Positions 40,710 to 51,800 of a stretch of DNA of 64,000 nt are shown here, one piece after another. The notes beneath the pieces are model-generated. The model saw only the letters and a list, made by a program, of their open reading frames with translations. It was not told the origin of the DNA and did no database searches. Numbering within the stretch: the stretch's first letter is position 1; every line of letters begins with the position of its first letter. The DNA is taken from the NCBI RefSeq assembly GCF_964213995.1, contig NC_135819.1, positions 46,934,001 to 46,998,000 on the forward strand, read 5' to 3'. Made by a program: the position numbers and the translations under genes. This stretch comes from Mustelus asterias. Its lineage: Eukaryota.

Positions 40710-41150
40710 TGGCGGACTAGTGACGCTCGCGCGGGGGCCTGCTGGGTCTGTTTGACGCACGCGCGGTCACGAGAGGGTGAACCGTTGGGCCCAGTGGCGG
40801 GGCTCGCGCGGCCCCGACAGCCAATCACTGAGCTTCAAATGGGGGGGCGGGGGGGCAGCTCCGGGTGCGGTACACCAAATCACAGGTGGACTTTAGGGGC
40901 GCTCCCAGGCAGCACCACCAGCCAATCACTGCGGAGCTCAGCAAAAAGCTGACAGCCAATCACAGGTGTCGAAACCGGGGAGGCGGGTGCTGCGGGTGAA
41001 GACAGCCAATCACAGGTGGACCTGGGGGACGCTCGAGGCACCGCCAACCAATCATTTATAAGAAGCGGCGGCTGAATAGCCAATCATAGGTGGGCCTGGA
41101 TTGACTGGCAGAAACGTCAGCCAATCACCGCGAGTCAGTGAGGGGGGGGC
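40710..41150. promoter_or_regulatory. bidirectional COG5/DUS4L CpG-island promoter with multiple CCAAT (NF-Y) boxes and GC boxes
   Basis: CpG-rich; CCAATCA at 40821, 40922, 40956, 41006, 41048, 41080 and 41121; GGGGCGGGG near 40844; the two ATGs are 650 bp apart on opposite strands. Confidence 0.85.
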
Positions 41151-41356
41151 TGAGTGAAGTGAGTGAGTGAGGCGGCTGGAGGCCACGGGTCAGAGGTGAG
41201 AGTTGAAAGTGACAGGTTGTGTGGGCGGAAAACGGCCTCTTGCACCGGGGGTTGATAGTCATCGCACCAGATCGTTTGTATTTTCCACCCATCACTCCCC
41301 CAAGTCGTCCCACCCAGTCGGAGGTGATCGTGAGCTGCTCGGGGCGAGGAATTTCC

Positions 41357-41466
41357 ATGAACAGTGAATACCTGCCCGCCGGATCCTGGCAGCAAAGATG
41401 CCTCGTCGACTTGTTCCAGCCGGGCCACGTTGTGAAGATCTGTGCTCCCATGGTGCGATATTCAAA
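41357..41466 (+). CDS. DUS4L: DUS4L (tRNA-dihydrouridine 20a/20b synthase-like) coding exon 1
   Basis: MNSEYL...VVKICAPMVRYS; Dus-family APMV motif; AA|GTGAGT donor; 110 nt. Confidence 0.9.
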
Positions 41467-41575
41467 GTGAGTGCTTCTGCCCCAACAACCGTGAAATGGT
41501 CACCATTTGTTGCCTGTATTGTATATATATATATTTGTTTGCTTAAAATACTCAAGCATTTCTGACATTCTGCAG

Positions 41576-41697
41576 GTTGGCATTTCGGTCACTGGTCAGA
41601 AAGTACGATTGTGAACTGTGTTTTACTCCAATGATCATTGCTTCTGCCTTCCTGAGATCCGGCAAGGCCAGAGACAATGAATTCACCACAAATTATG
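41576..41697 (+). CDS. DUS4L: DUS4L coding exon 2 (KLAFRSLVRKYDCELCFTPMIIASAFLRSGKARDNEFTTNY)
   Basis: TGCAG acceptor and G|GTAAG donor; 122 nt; matches DUS4L. Confidence 0.96.
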
Positions 41698-41771
41698 GTA
41701 AGGTATATTTTTGAATTGCACTTTTTTCAGGTGTGACCGATGATAATATTTCCTCTCCGAAATCCATTGCT

Positions 41772-42500
41772 TTTATTTATTACTGTCACAAGTAGGCTTA
41801 CATTAACACTGCAATGAAGTTACTGTGCAAATCCCCCTAGTCGTAGAATCATAGAAACCCTACAGTGCAGAAAGAGACCATCTGGCCCTTCGAGTCTGCA
41901 CCGACCACAATTCCATCCAGGCCCTACCCCCATATCCCTACACATTTACCCACTAATCCCTCTAACCTACGCATCTCGGGATGCTAAGGGGCAATTTTAG
42001 CATGGCCAATCAACCTAACCCGCACATCTTTGGACTGTGGGAGGAAACCGGAGCACCTAGAGAAAACCCATGCAGACACGAGGAGAATGAACTCCCACTC
42101 ACCTGACGAAGGAGCAATGCTCTGAAAGCTGGTGGCGTTTGCTACCAAATAAACCTGTTGGACTTTAACCTGGTGTTGTTAGACTCCTTACTGTGTAAAC
42201 TCCACACAGACAGTGGCCCAAGCCGGGAATCGAACCCAGGTCCCTGGAGCTGTGAAGCAGCAGTGCTAACCACTGTGCTACCGTGCCGCCCTCCGTCACC
42301 ACACTCCGGTGCCATTCGGGTACACTGCAGGAGAATTTAGCATGGCCAATGCACCAAACCAGCATGTGTTTTGGTCTGTGGGAGGAAACCAGAGCACCGG
42401 GGGGAAACCCACACAGACAAGGGAAAAATGTGAGATTCCGTACAGACAGTGATCCAAGCCAGGAATTGAACCCTGGCGCTGTGAGGCAGCAGTGCTGTCC
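41772..42500 (-). mobile_element. triple-nested cluster: tail-B SINE split by an HE1-like SINE (41844-42290), itself split by a Penelope terminal-repeat fragment (42091-42194, +)
   Basis: Each outer element resumes where it was interrupted; the inner piece matches 45653-45760. Confidence 0.8.
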
Positions 42501-43547
42501 ACTTTGCTGAATGTGCCTTCAGTCAAAAGAACTAGTCATTTGATTTTCAGTACTGAATACAATATAGTAATAATTTCAAAATTAATAACTTTTTAAAGAA
42601 GTGGGGAACATATTTACAGGGTACAAAAGCCATAGTTATTTGGCTCGTTGGCATTACATACTACTTTTTATACGTTATGGATGAGAATAGGATTTGAAGT
42701 ACATACAACCTCTGATGTTTACCCAAACTTCATTTTTAAAAGCTTGTTTCGTGATTAAGGTCATTGTTTTTCCTTCTCAAACCTTTATTACATTTACTTA
42801 AAATGCATATACAAACTCCATTTATATGTTTTCCATATAATCTAGATTCATTACGATACCTCATTATTGGAAGCCACATCCTTTTAGGTGAGAAAGCTAA
42901 ACTAAGGCCCTGTCTTGTGCTGCTATTTGCAGGAAAGCAAGCAAGTTCTCCTGGTGTTCTGGCTGACATCTATCCCTCAACCAATACCCATAAATCAGAT
43001 TTACTGTCATTTATCTCATTTGTTGTTTATTCAATGTTGATGTGGAAATTGGTGCTGCATTTGTCTCCATTACAAGTGACTACTTTTGAAAGTATTCCAT
43101 TGATCGTAATACACTCTGAAATGTCCTGAAGATCTGAAAAGAATGAAATAAAAGCAAGATTTTTTTGCATTCTCGACAGGCCAGCTGGAATCTGCTGGTA
43201 AGGTTGTAGAGGAGTGTAAATCTGTAAGATTGGTTCCTCAAATTTAACTTGCATGATAAGAGCTGCTTCATCCAAAAGGTTTATAGACTTAACTTTAAAT
43301 AGGTTCACTATACCAGTGGTTCACTGCAGAGGTAGTTTATGTTTAGGAGTGCAGCTGACAGATCAAGAACTTAAATCATAGAATCATAGAATACGAAAGT
43401 ACTTTAGAAGAATTCTTCATCAATCCACCATGAGGTAACCCATTTCTTCACTGCTTTACATCCTGCTCTGGGTTATTTCTGTAACAAAGGACTTTTTTTA
43501 TGAAGATTGGTCATTAACCCAGTTCAAATCTCCTACCAAGAGAAACT

Positions 43548-43712
43548 TGGTGTTGACTTGAACTGTGGTTGTCCACAAAGGTAAGATAAAGATAAGAATT
43601 ATTCTGCTTCCATAAATGTTGGAAGTTACATTGTTTATACAAACTTAGGATCAAAAGTAGATCATTTACCCTCAAGCCTACTTTACAAATGAAAACTTGG
43701 GTGTATAGGGCA
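43548..43712 (+). repeat. 165-bp direct duplicate of 44196-44360 (end of DUS4L exon 3 plus donor and intron start)
   Basis: One mismatch seen; offset 648 bp. Confidence 0.95.
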
Positions 43713-44110
43713 ATAGTTGTGATGGGGGTTTGCCACTCCACTTCCATTGGAAGAATGCATCCTGCTGGATGTCAACCTCCTATTCAGAGACTTCCATCTC
43801 TGCTCACCTGTGCTATCTAGAGTGAGGCTCAAACCCATAACCTAACATAGAGGTTCACTCCATTAGAGGAGGAGTTCCTGTAGAACGTGCTGATGAAGGT
43901 GCAACAAATACAATTGTATTCTATCTCCAAATAATGACCAGAGAAAGAGTACTCAGTGTTTTTTCAGGTTTAGAGCACAACAATGTTCTTGTTACAGAAA
44001 GTTGCTAGGTGTAAGGTGTCAAACCAAAGGAGATGGAATTTATTTAAACAGGACAGAAATTGTGTAAAGTAAAACTCTACAGTGACATATCATGCACTTT
44101 ATTTTCACAG

Positions 44111-44228
44111 TTGATCGTCCACTTGTTGTGCAGTTTGCTGCTAATCATGCGCAGGATCTAGCTGATGCTGCTTGCATAGTTTCTCCATTTGCAGATGGTG
44201 TTGACTTGAACTGTGGTTGTCCACAAAG
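44111..44228 (+). CDS. DUS4L: DUS4L coding exon 3 (DRPLVVQFAANHAQDLADAACIVSPFADGVDLNCGCPQ)
   Basis: CACAG acceptor and AG|GTAAG donor; 118 nt; contains the Dus active-site NxGCP motif. Confidence 0.96.
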
Positions 44229-44599
44229 GTAAGATAAAGATAAGAATTATTCTGCTTCCATAAATGTTGGAAGTTACATTGTTTATACAAACTTAGGATC
44301 AAAAGTAGATCATTTATCCTCAAGCCTACTTTACAAATGAAAACTTGGGTGTATAGGGCATTTTTCAGAACCACCAGGTGACTCAAAGCACTTTGCAACC
44401 AGTGAAGTACTTTCCAAGTGTAGTCACTATTGCAATGTAGAAAATTTAGTAACCAATATGCATGCACTCAACAAACTCCCACAAACAGCAGTGTGAAAAT
44501 AGCTATATAATCAAGTCTTGATGACCTGCACCCCAGAGATCATTCCCTGCTCTTGTTCAAAATAGTGTCATGGCAGGCAGATGGGGCCTTGGTATGTCT

Positions 44600-44900
44600 T
44601 GTTAGAATGTAACCGGTGACAACTTTGTATTGGATGTAATGTGACCAATGGGAACAAGATGTAAGGGTCAGCTGACCCAGTAAACCATGGAACCAATTAC
44701 AGAGTGATGTCATAGTCAGCTGATCCACTTTAAATAAGGAACTATGTAGAATTCTGGAGAGCTTATAGTGGCCCAGGGCAAGGCCCCAAGTTTGGAGTAA
44801 TGATGTTTCTTTATTGAACCCTTTCTTTGATTTATAAGTTGGAGTAAGTTTTGTTGTATTTTCATTAGTTGCATTTTGAAGAGTTCCTTCTGAAGAAACA
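44600..44900. mobile_element. probable solo LTR
   Basis: TGTT...AACA termini; flanking 5-mers TGTCT/TATCT; interrupts the host SINE. Confidence 0.55.
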
Positions 44901-45006
44901 TATCTCATTCAAAAGATGGCACCTGCAACAGTGCAGTGTTTTTTAAGTACTGCATTCGAGTGTCAATCTTGATTTTTGGGTTTAAGCACTGGAGTAGGAC
45001 TTTAAC

Positions 45007-45789
45007 ACAGTAAGAAGTTTAACAACACCAGGTTAAAGTCCAACAGGTTTATTTGGTAGCAAAAGCCACACAAGCTTTCGGAGCTCCAAGCCCCTTCTTC
45101 AGGTGAGTGGGAATTCTGTTCACAAACAGGGCATATAAAGACACAGACTCAATTTACATGAATAATGGTTGGAATGCGAATACTTACAGCTCATCAAGTC
45201 TTTAAGAAACAAAACAACGTGAGTGGAAAGAGCATCAAGACAGGCTAAAAAGATGTGTATTGTCTCCAGACAAGACAGCCAGTGAAACTCTGCAGGTCCA
45301 GGCAACTGTGGGGGTTACAAATAGTGTGACATGAACCCAATATCCCGGTTGAGGTTGTCCTCGTGTGTGCGGAACTTGGCTATCACGAACTTCCGCACAC
45401 ACGAGGATGGCCTCAACCGGGATATTGGGTTCATGTCACATTATTTGTAACCCCTACAGTTGCCTGGACCTGCAGAGTTTCACTGGCTGTCTTGTCTGGA
45501 GACAATACACATCTTTTTAGCCTGTCTTGATGCTCTCTCCACTCACGTTGTTTTGTTTCTTAAAGACTTGATCAGCTGTAAGTATTCGCATTCCAACCAT
45601 TATTCATGTAAATTGAGTCTGTGTCTTTATATGCCCTGTTTGTGAACAGAATTCCCACTCACCTGAAGAAGGGGCTTGGAGCTCCGAAAGCTTGTGTGGC
45701 TTTTGCTACCAAATAAACCTGTAGGACTTTAACCTGGTGTTGTTAAACTTCTTACTGTGTTTACCCCAGTCCAACGCCAGCATCTCCAC
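45007..45789. mobile_element. Penelope-like insertion with inverted terminal-repeat duplication (arms 45004-45374 / 45391-45761)
   Basis: 14-bp direct repeat AGTAGGACTTTAAC at 44993-45006 and 45790-45803; right arm encodes the GIY-YIG C-terminal FRTHEDGLNRDIGFMSHY. Confidence 0.88.
45655..45699 (+). ncRNA. minimal type-I hammerhead ribozyme motif (mirror copy on - strand at about 45066-45110)
   Basis: CAC-CTGAAGA-A-GGGGC(TTGGA)GCTCC-GAAA-GCTT-GTG: core boxes, 5-bp stem II, palindromic AAGCTT stem III, CAC/GTG stem I. Confidence 0.65.
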
Positions 45790-45932
45790 AGTAGGACTTT
45801 AACCCGGAACCCTGTGAGTGCCACCAGCTGAGCTAGAGCTGACACAATGTGTGGCCATTCAGTGAAATAATGGATGATCTGTGACGTGGTATCCCTTCAC
45901 ACCTTTGGTTAACAAAATACCACCCATCTCAT

Positions 45933-46196
45933 TGTGGTAACCCCCACACGAAGTCCATGGGGAATCGCTGATTGATCTCGCTGAGGGGCTTGTTAAGTAT
46001 GAGTTCCCCTGGTAACAGGCAGCAGTCTGCCCAGCTGGAATTCATTACCTGTGTCTTTTATAAGGCAGATCCAGGACTGGGCCTGTTGAACTGTAATCCC
46101 AGGCAGGGACTAGTGAGTGTACACCATGGTAATGGTTTTACTTTGCATTCTGTAATAAACTATGTTCCTTTCCAGTCGACTTTGTGAGTCATTACA
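45933..46196 (+). mobile_element. solo LTR (Gypsy-like)
   Basis: TGT...ACA termini, internal TATAA and AATAAA in LTR order, 5-bp TSD CTCAT/CTAAT. Confidence 0.65.
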
Positions 46197-46229
46197 CTAA
46201 TCTAGCATCAATTGCTGTTTGTGGAAGAG

Positions 46230-47000
46230 GGTTCAAAACTTATACCACCGTCTGTATACAGAGTGATTCCTAATTTCACTCCTGAAAGATCTAGCTCTAA
46301 TCTTTAGACAATGACCGCAGTCCTAGATTTCCCAACTAGCAGAAATAGTTTTGATCAAAGCACCCCTTAACCCTCTAAATTCCAGGAAATATATCCAAGC
46401 TTGTATACTCTTTCTGTAATTTCACCCATGGAGTTCAAATACTGCACCCTCTCCAAAGTCAATATAACCTTCCTTAGGTATATGTCAAAACTTCTCACAG
46501 TACTCCAAGTGTGGTCTCACCAGAGTTTTGTGTAGCTGAGGCATGATTTCTGCTCCCATTATGTTCTCCCTTTCTAGATATAAAGGCCAACATTCCATCA
46601 GCCTTTCGGATTATTTTCTATATCTGCTCATGACATGTCTATGACCTATGCATTCAGCCTCATCAGTCATTTTGTCCCCACCCCACAGTTTCAAACTTTT
46701 CACCTTGAGAAAGCACTCTGTTCCATTCTTTCAGATTGAATGACCTCAGATATGCCTACATTGAAATACATTATCAGTTTTGCCCATTCAGTACCTTTTT
46801 GTGATATTACGTTTCCATTGACATCGCTTGCAATGCTACCTGTCTTTGTGTCATAGGCTAATTGGATATGTGGCTTTCTGTCTTATCATCTAAGAAGTCA
46901 ATAAATCCAATGAATTGTTGAGACCCAAAGTAAATATTCAGCTGGTCCACCATTTCCTAAGTTTCATTGACACTATCAGTATTATTAGTTTTTAATGGGC
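46230..47000 (-). mobile_element. decayed CR1 fragment
   Basis: Reverse-strand RT remnants (VRPHLEY-like at about 46500-46520). Confidence 0.55.
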
Positions 47001-47307
47001 CGAGATTGTTCCTGGCCACCCTCTCTTTTTCCCCCAAAGGATTGTAAAAAAATGTTTCTGTTGATTTTGAAACTGAGTTTTTTTCTCATATTTGTTTTAT
47101 CACCCTTTGCTGTTATTTGTATCTCGTCTGCTCACCAGGATCTGTGCCCTTTTTGCAATTTTTTTATGCTGCTTCTTTTAGTTTTGTCTTTTGTCATTTT
47201 ACCATTTCTTTGCGCTTTGCTTCCTATTGTATATAAATGTAATTTTAGTTCTAGATGAAACATCTTTGTGTAAGAACTACTACTTTTCTTTAATGTTTGT
47301 CTATGCT

Positions 47308-47469
47308 TTTTCACCTTGAGAAAGCACTCTGTTCCATTCTTTCAGATTGAATGACCTCGGATATGCCTACATTGAAATACATTATCAGTTTTGCCCATTC
47401 AGTACCTTTTTGTGATATTACGTTTCCATTGACATCGCTTGCAATGCTACCTGTCTTTGTGTCATAGGC
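47308..47469 (+). repeat. 162-bp direct duplicate of 46697-46858
   Basis: One mismatch seen; offset 611 bp. Confidence 0.95.
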
Positions 47470-47554
47470 AATCCTGTGAGCCACATCTAGCAATAGTTAT
47501 TTAACAAATTGCTAATATTGCAATATGCATGTTGTATATTAAATTTTTTTGCAG

Positions 47555-47677
47555 GTGGGCAATGGCAGAAGGATATGGCGCTTGTCTAATAAATAAACCA
47601 GAACTGGTTCAGGACATGGTGCGTCAGGTCAAGAATCAAGTGGAGTGTCCTAACTTTTCAGTCTCCATTAAGATAAG
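47555..47677 (+). CDS. DUS4L: DUS4L coding exon 4 (WAMAEGYGACLINKPELVQDMVRQVKNQVECPNFSVSIKI)
   Basis: TTTTGCAG acceptor and AG|GTAAAT donor; 123 nt. Confidence 0.96.
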
Positions 47678-48859
47678 GTAAATACTACAGTTCTGGAAAT
47701 GCAATAGGACATCAGGTTTCAAATTTTATAATTTTTAATTTAAATATGTACTTGGGTGATGTTGAACTGGGACAGTTCCTGTAAAGTTAGGATAAATATA
47801 GCAAGAAACAGTATTATTATAATAGTCATAGCAGTATCTTCTTCACATAACAAGAAACAGAAATTTGTGAACTTGCCAGAAAGTAGATTAATTTTCTTGT
47901 GTTGAGGATTAACCAGACAACACATGATGAGTACTCAATCTCCTAAGCTTTTATTACTTGCTAGCAAGGAGAACAGACGCAATGAATTTCACTATTATAT
48001 TCTGTTGATTCATACAGATAATTAGCAGTTATAATTAATTACAGCAAATGAGACACAAGCAACTTTCTAATCCTTGATTTGCATGCATAGTCCACCAATC
48101 AAAGCGTAGCTTTTTGGCCTTTCTTATTCAATAGAAAACCGTCTCTTTCATTAGCGTAATATGTCAACATAGCTTGTTTTTTGGTATTTGTCATGGTAAC
48201 TTGTCTTTGTTTCATCCTTTGGCCAAGGCCGGGAATGCAGTGTTTATGAAACTGACACAAGGTTAGATTAGTTTATTTCCTGAATACGCAATCGCTGACT
48301 TCAAATGAGGCCTTGTTTGACAATAAGATTTTTTTCCATTCTCACTGACAGAGTTGCCTTGTTGTTGTAACTTAACTTCCACAATGAACTCCATAGAATA
48401 TGGATCCTTTGCTTTTACACACTTATCACAAAGGTGTTCTTTGTTAAAATTTCAAACTTTTTACTTCGGAGCCACCATTATACCATGATGGTGATCAAGA
48501 GTGCTATGAAATGGGAGATGTAGTATTGCTTGTTAAACTCTTTCTGAATATAATTGTCCTCAATTTAACTCATAAAAAATGTTCTTAACTTTTGGTGAAC
48601 GTTAACAGAGCTGACAGCCTTATATATATATATTTGGTGCAGGCATTTAAGTTCCCCTCTACAAGTTGGTTTCTTATCCATTGTTTGTACACATGATTTG
48701 ACTTAATGTGGCGTTACTGTATTAATGAGAATACTACCTAAACTTACTGCTTCTAAATAAACTATGTTAACAAAAGATTTTCCCCCTAATTCTGCGAAAC
48801 TTATTGAAATGTGCTTTTCAGTCACTTTATTTTGTATAGTTATATTTTGCTCATTGCCA

Positions 48860-51800
48860 TTGATTGTCCCTTGATTTGAGGATGATGTCTACTCAGCATC
48901 ACAAGTTTCTGCCATGAGTCCTCCTGTGACTGAACAACCCACTACTCAACCCACAGATCTTTGCCACAAAGGGCAGGACACCAATGAGGTGGTGGGATCC
49001 AGAATGCAGAATTTGTTTTCTTTCCCCTGTTGCTGTTGTACCTCATCATTAAGGTGCTGTGACTCAAAGCATGATGCAGCTTCTTGGACAAGCTGTCACA
49101 TTCTGAACTATGGGTAGTAAGCTCCTTCCTCCAGGTCATTAATGTTAGTCCTGTCACATTTCAACGGGAGCTTCCAAGTAACTCTGAAGCATTTTCTTTG
49201 TCCTGGAATGTTGGGCATTTGACAGTTAAAAGAACAGGACCTGGAAGGAGAGACAGTTTTCAGCCATCCAGACACAGTGCCCAATCCATCGAAGTTGATT
49301 TTTCAGGAGTTTTGCCTGAATATTTGTGGAGTTAGCTTCAAGAATGATGCTAGTGTTTGTTCATTTGGTCCTTCCATTGAATCTGGAGGATGCATGTAAG
49401 AATTGCTGATACAATGCCTCAGGCAAACTTGGAATTTCTCTAGCACAATATGTGTTGCTGCTACTCAGTCCAGCTCTTAATGAAGTACATGATTGTGACA
49501 ATGACAACTGCTGTGTGCACGTTTTTTTAACATAAGATGGTCTCTGTTGTCAAACTCTCACTGCCATAGTTTGTAGAAGGCTGAGCTGGCACAGCTGATT
49601 CAGTGTTGGATCTCCTCATCAATGCTGGCTTTTTGATGGAGGTTGCTGCCAAGTTACGGGAAGTACTGACGTGTTCCAGAGTCCTTCCCCCTAACATACA
49701 TGAGAAGTGGAATATTTGGCTGACCAGGTGTGGGTTGATACAAGTTTTTTTTGCCAACTTTCAAGGACAAGCAGAGCTTATTCTCTGCAGAATTGAGGAG
49801 TGTGAAAATGACCTGCAAATCTGGTGCAGAGTTAGCAACGATACTGCAGTCATCTGCAATCTGTAGATCATGTATGTCTTTGGTGGTCAGTTTAGTTTTT
49901 GCCTGGAGTCTTGACATCTTGTCAGTATTTGATACTGGTTTGAGAGGGCAATCAATCTTTGATCATCGTCCGGTAGATAGAAAACAACATGAAGCCTATC
50001 TCACAACCTTGCTTGAGCCCAGTTGAATCTTGAAGGCATCTGTTTCAGATCTCCCATTCAGGACAGTTGCAGTCGTATCACAATGAAGCAATTGCAAGGT
50101 TGTGATGAAGTTTCTTGAACTCCCAAATCTTTGGAGCACAATCCATAGAGTCTTGTGATTTACTGAGTCCAAAGCTTTAGTTAGGTTGGTGAATGCAATG
50201 ATGAGGTCCTGATGTTGTGCTCAACATTTTTCTTTGATTTGTCTGGTAACAGGGAGGTTCGGAGGTTTAAAGCCACTAGGAGAATGTCTCAAGGATTTCC
50301 TCAGCCCAGGATGTGGCAATTCTGGAGAATGCATCTCAGAAATTTCCCTGCTATGGATAAGAAACAAATACTTTGATAGTTCGTACAGCATGATTTATTT
50401 CCCTTTTTAAAAATCATTGAAATTGTTGGATTACTGAAGGAGGGATTGGGGCCTTCTTTTTCTTCCCAAATCCATAGGATATATTGGAATGAGTAAAACT
50501 CCATCAGCATTAAAGACTGGAATATCATGAAAGTGCAGGCTTTATTGTTTTGATTCCTTGTTGTAACGCTCATAATAATGTGGTTCACTCAGGGATTCTA
50601 CCATAGGGTACTGGGGAATAGCCTGGAGAATATCAGCTGTCACTGTAGATTCACAGTTGAGGAGCTGCTGAAAATGACACCTTGAACATTGACGGATCTT
50701 TACGAAGAGAAACATCACCTTGTGAGTGAAGGGGATTTTGTCCACTTGACTTTGTCTGTAGACAGCTTTTTTTGAAGCCATCAGGGCTCTGATGTCATGA
50801 TATTCTGATATTCTAGGCGATGGTCTAGTGGTATTATCGCCAGACTATTAATCCAGAAACTCAGTTAATGTTCTGGTTGGAATCATGCCACAGCAGATGG
50901 TGGAATTGGAATTCAATAAAAAATATATCTGGAATTAATGACCCTGAAACCATTGTCGATTGTCGGAAAAACCTATCTGGTTCACTTATGTCCTTTAGAG
51001 AAGGAAATCTGCTATCCGTACCTAATCTGGCCTACATATGACTCCAAAGCCACAGCAATCTGATTGACTCTCAACTGCCCTCTGGCAACTAGGGATGGGC
51101 AATAAATGCTGACCAGCCAATGAATCTCACGAATGAATAAAAAAAATATTGTTGGATCTTATGGGCTTCCTCTTCCCACCACATTTTCGCTTCTGGATTT
51201 ATCTTTGAGCATCAGCCTTGAGCTGTTGGAGTGCTGCCTTCTTGTCTTGTGACCTTGGGTTTTACTGCCAGGAAATGAAGGTTGCTCATTTTTGTTCTAG
51301 GACATCTGTGAACTTCAGCATTGGTTTCATTGAACAAGTCCAGGTGATGACACTGTTTGGGAACAAGGGTCTATAATAGTTGACTTTATTTCATCCCATC
51401 GTTCTGGAATTGAGCGAATGTGTGAAGATTTTCCAGATTGATCATAAGCTACACTTGGAATTCCTCTTTGGCCGGGTTGCTTTAAAGCTAAGACAATAAT
51501 CACCTTCCTTTTGGACCTTTGGGCTTTGCGATGTCTGGATGCTAGGTGGATGTTCATCACTGACCGAATAAGTTGATGATTTGTCCAGCAGGGTCAGTAA
51601 CCCGCAATTACATTTTACTACTACCATTTAGATAGTAATTGTTCTGATATTACTTAATCTAACATGTTGCCTGTGAAATATTCTGTACAGACACTTCGAC
51701 CAGTTTATTACTCAAAGCCGCATTTACCTTTTGCTCTTACAAAGGACAGTGGTTCAAACTCAGTTTTATTAAAACACTTGCAAGTTAATTTACTGTTGTT

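Larger units (their letters stand above)
44361..45850 (-). mobile_element. old Deu-domain-type SINE split by two younger insertions
   Basis: AAAGCACTTT...GAAGTACTTT..AAGTGTAGTCACT block; related copies near 15700-15960, 17060-17460 and 42930-43160. Confidence 0.6.

Noticed and set aside
40467-40952. 161-aa ORF antisense to COG5 exon 1
   Set aside because: Crosses a GC-rich promoter and poly-G; no recognisable domain; stop-poor by composition
40815-41130. CRISPR-like repeat/spacer pattern
   Set aside because: Repeats are about 10-bp transcription-factor motifs with irregular spacing in a vertebrate promoter; no cas genes
45120-45645. Twin 61-aa ORFs on opposite strands as a duplicated small gene
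   Set aside because: By-product of the inverted repeat; the start codons are TTG within a Penelope terminal repeat
47898-48430. Possible solo LTR on the minus strand
   Set aside because: TG...CA ends are present but no target-site duplication could be identified
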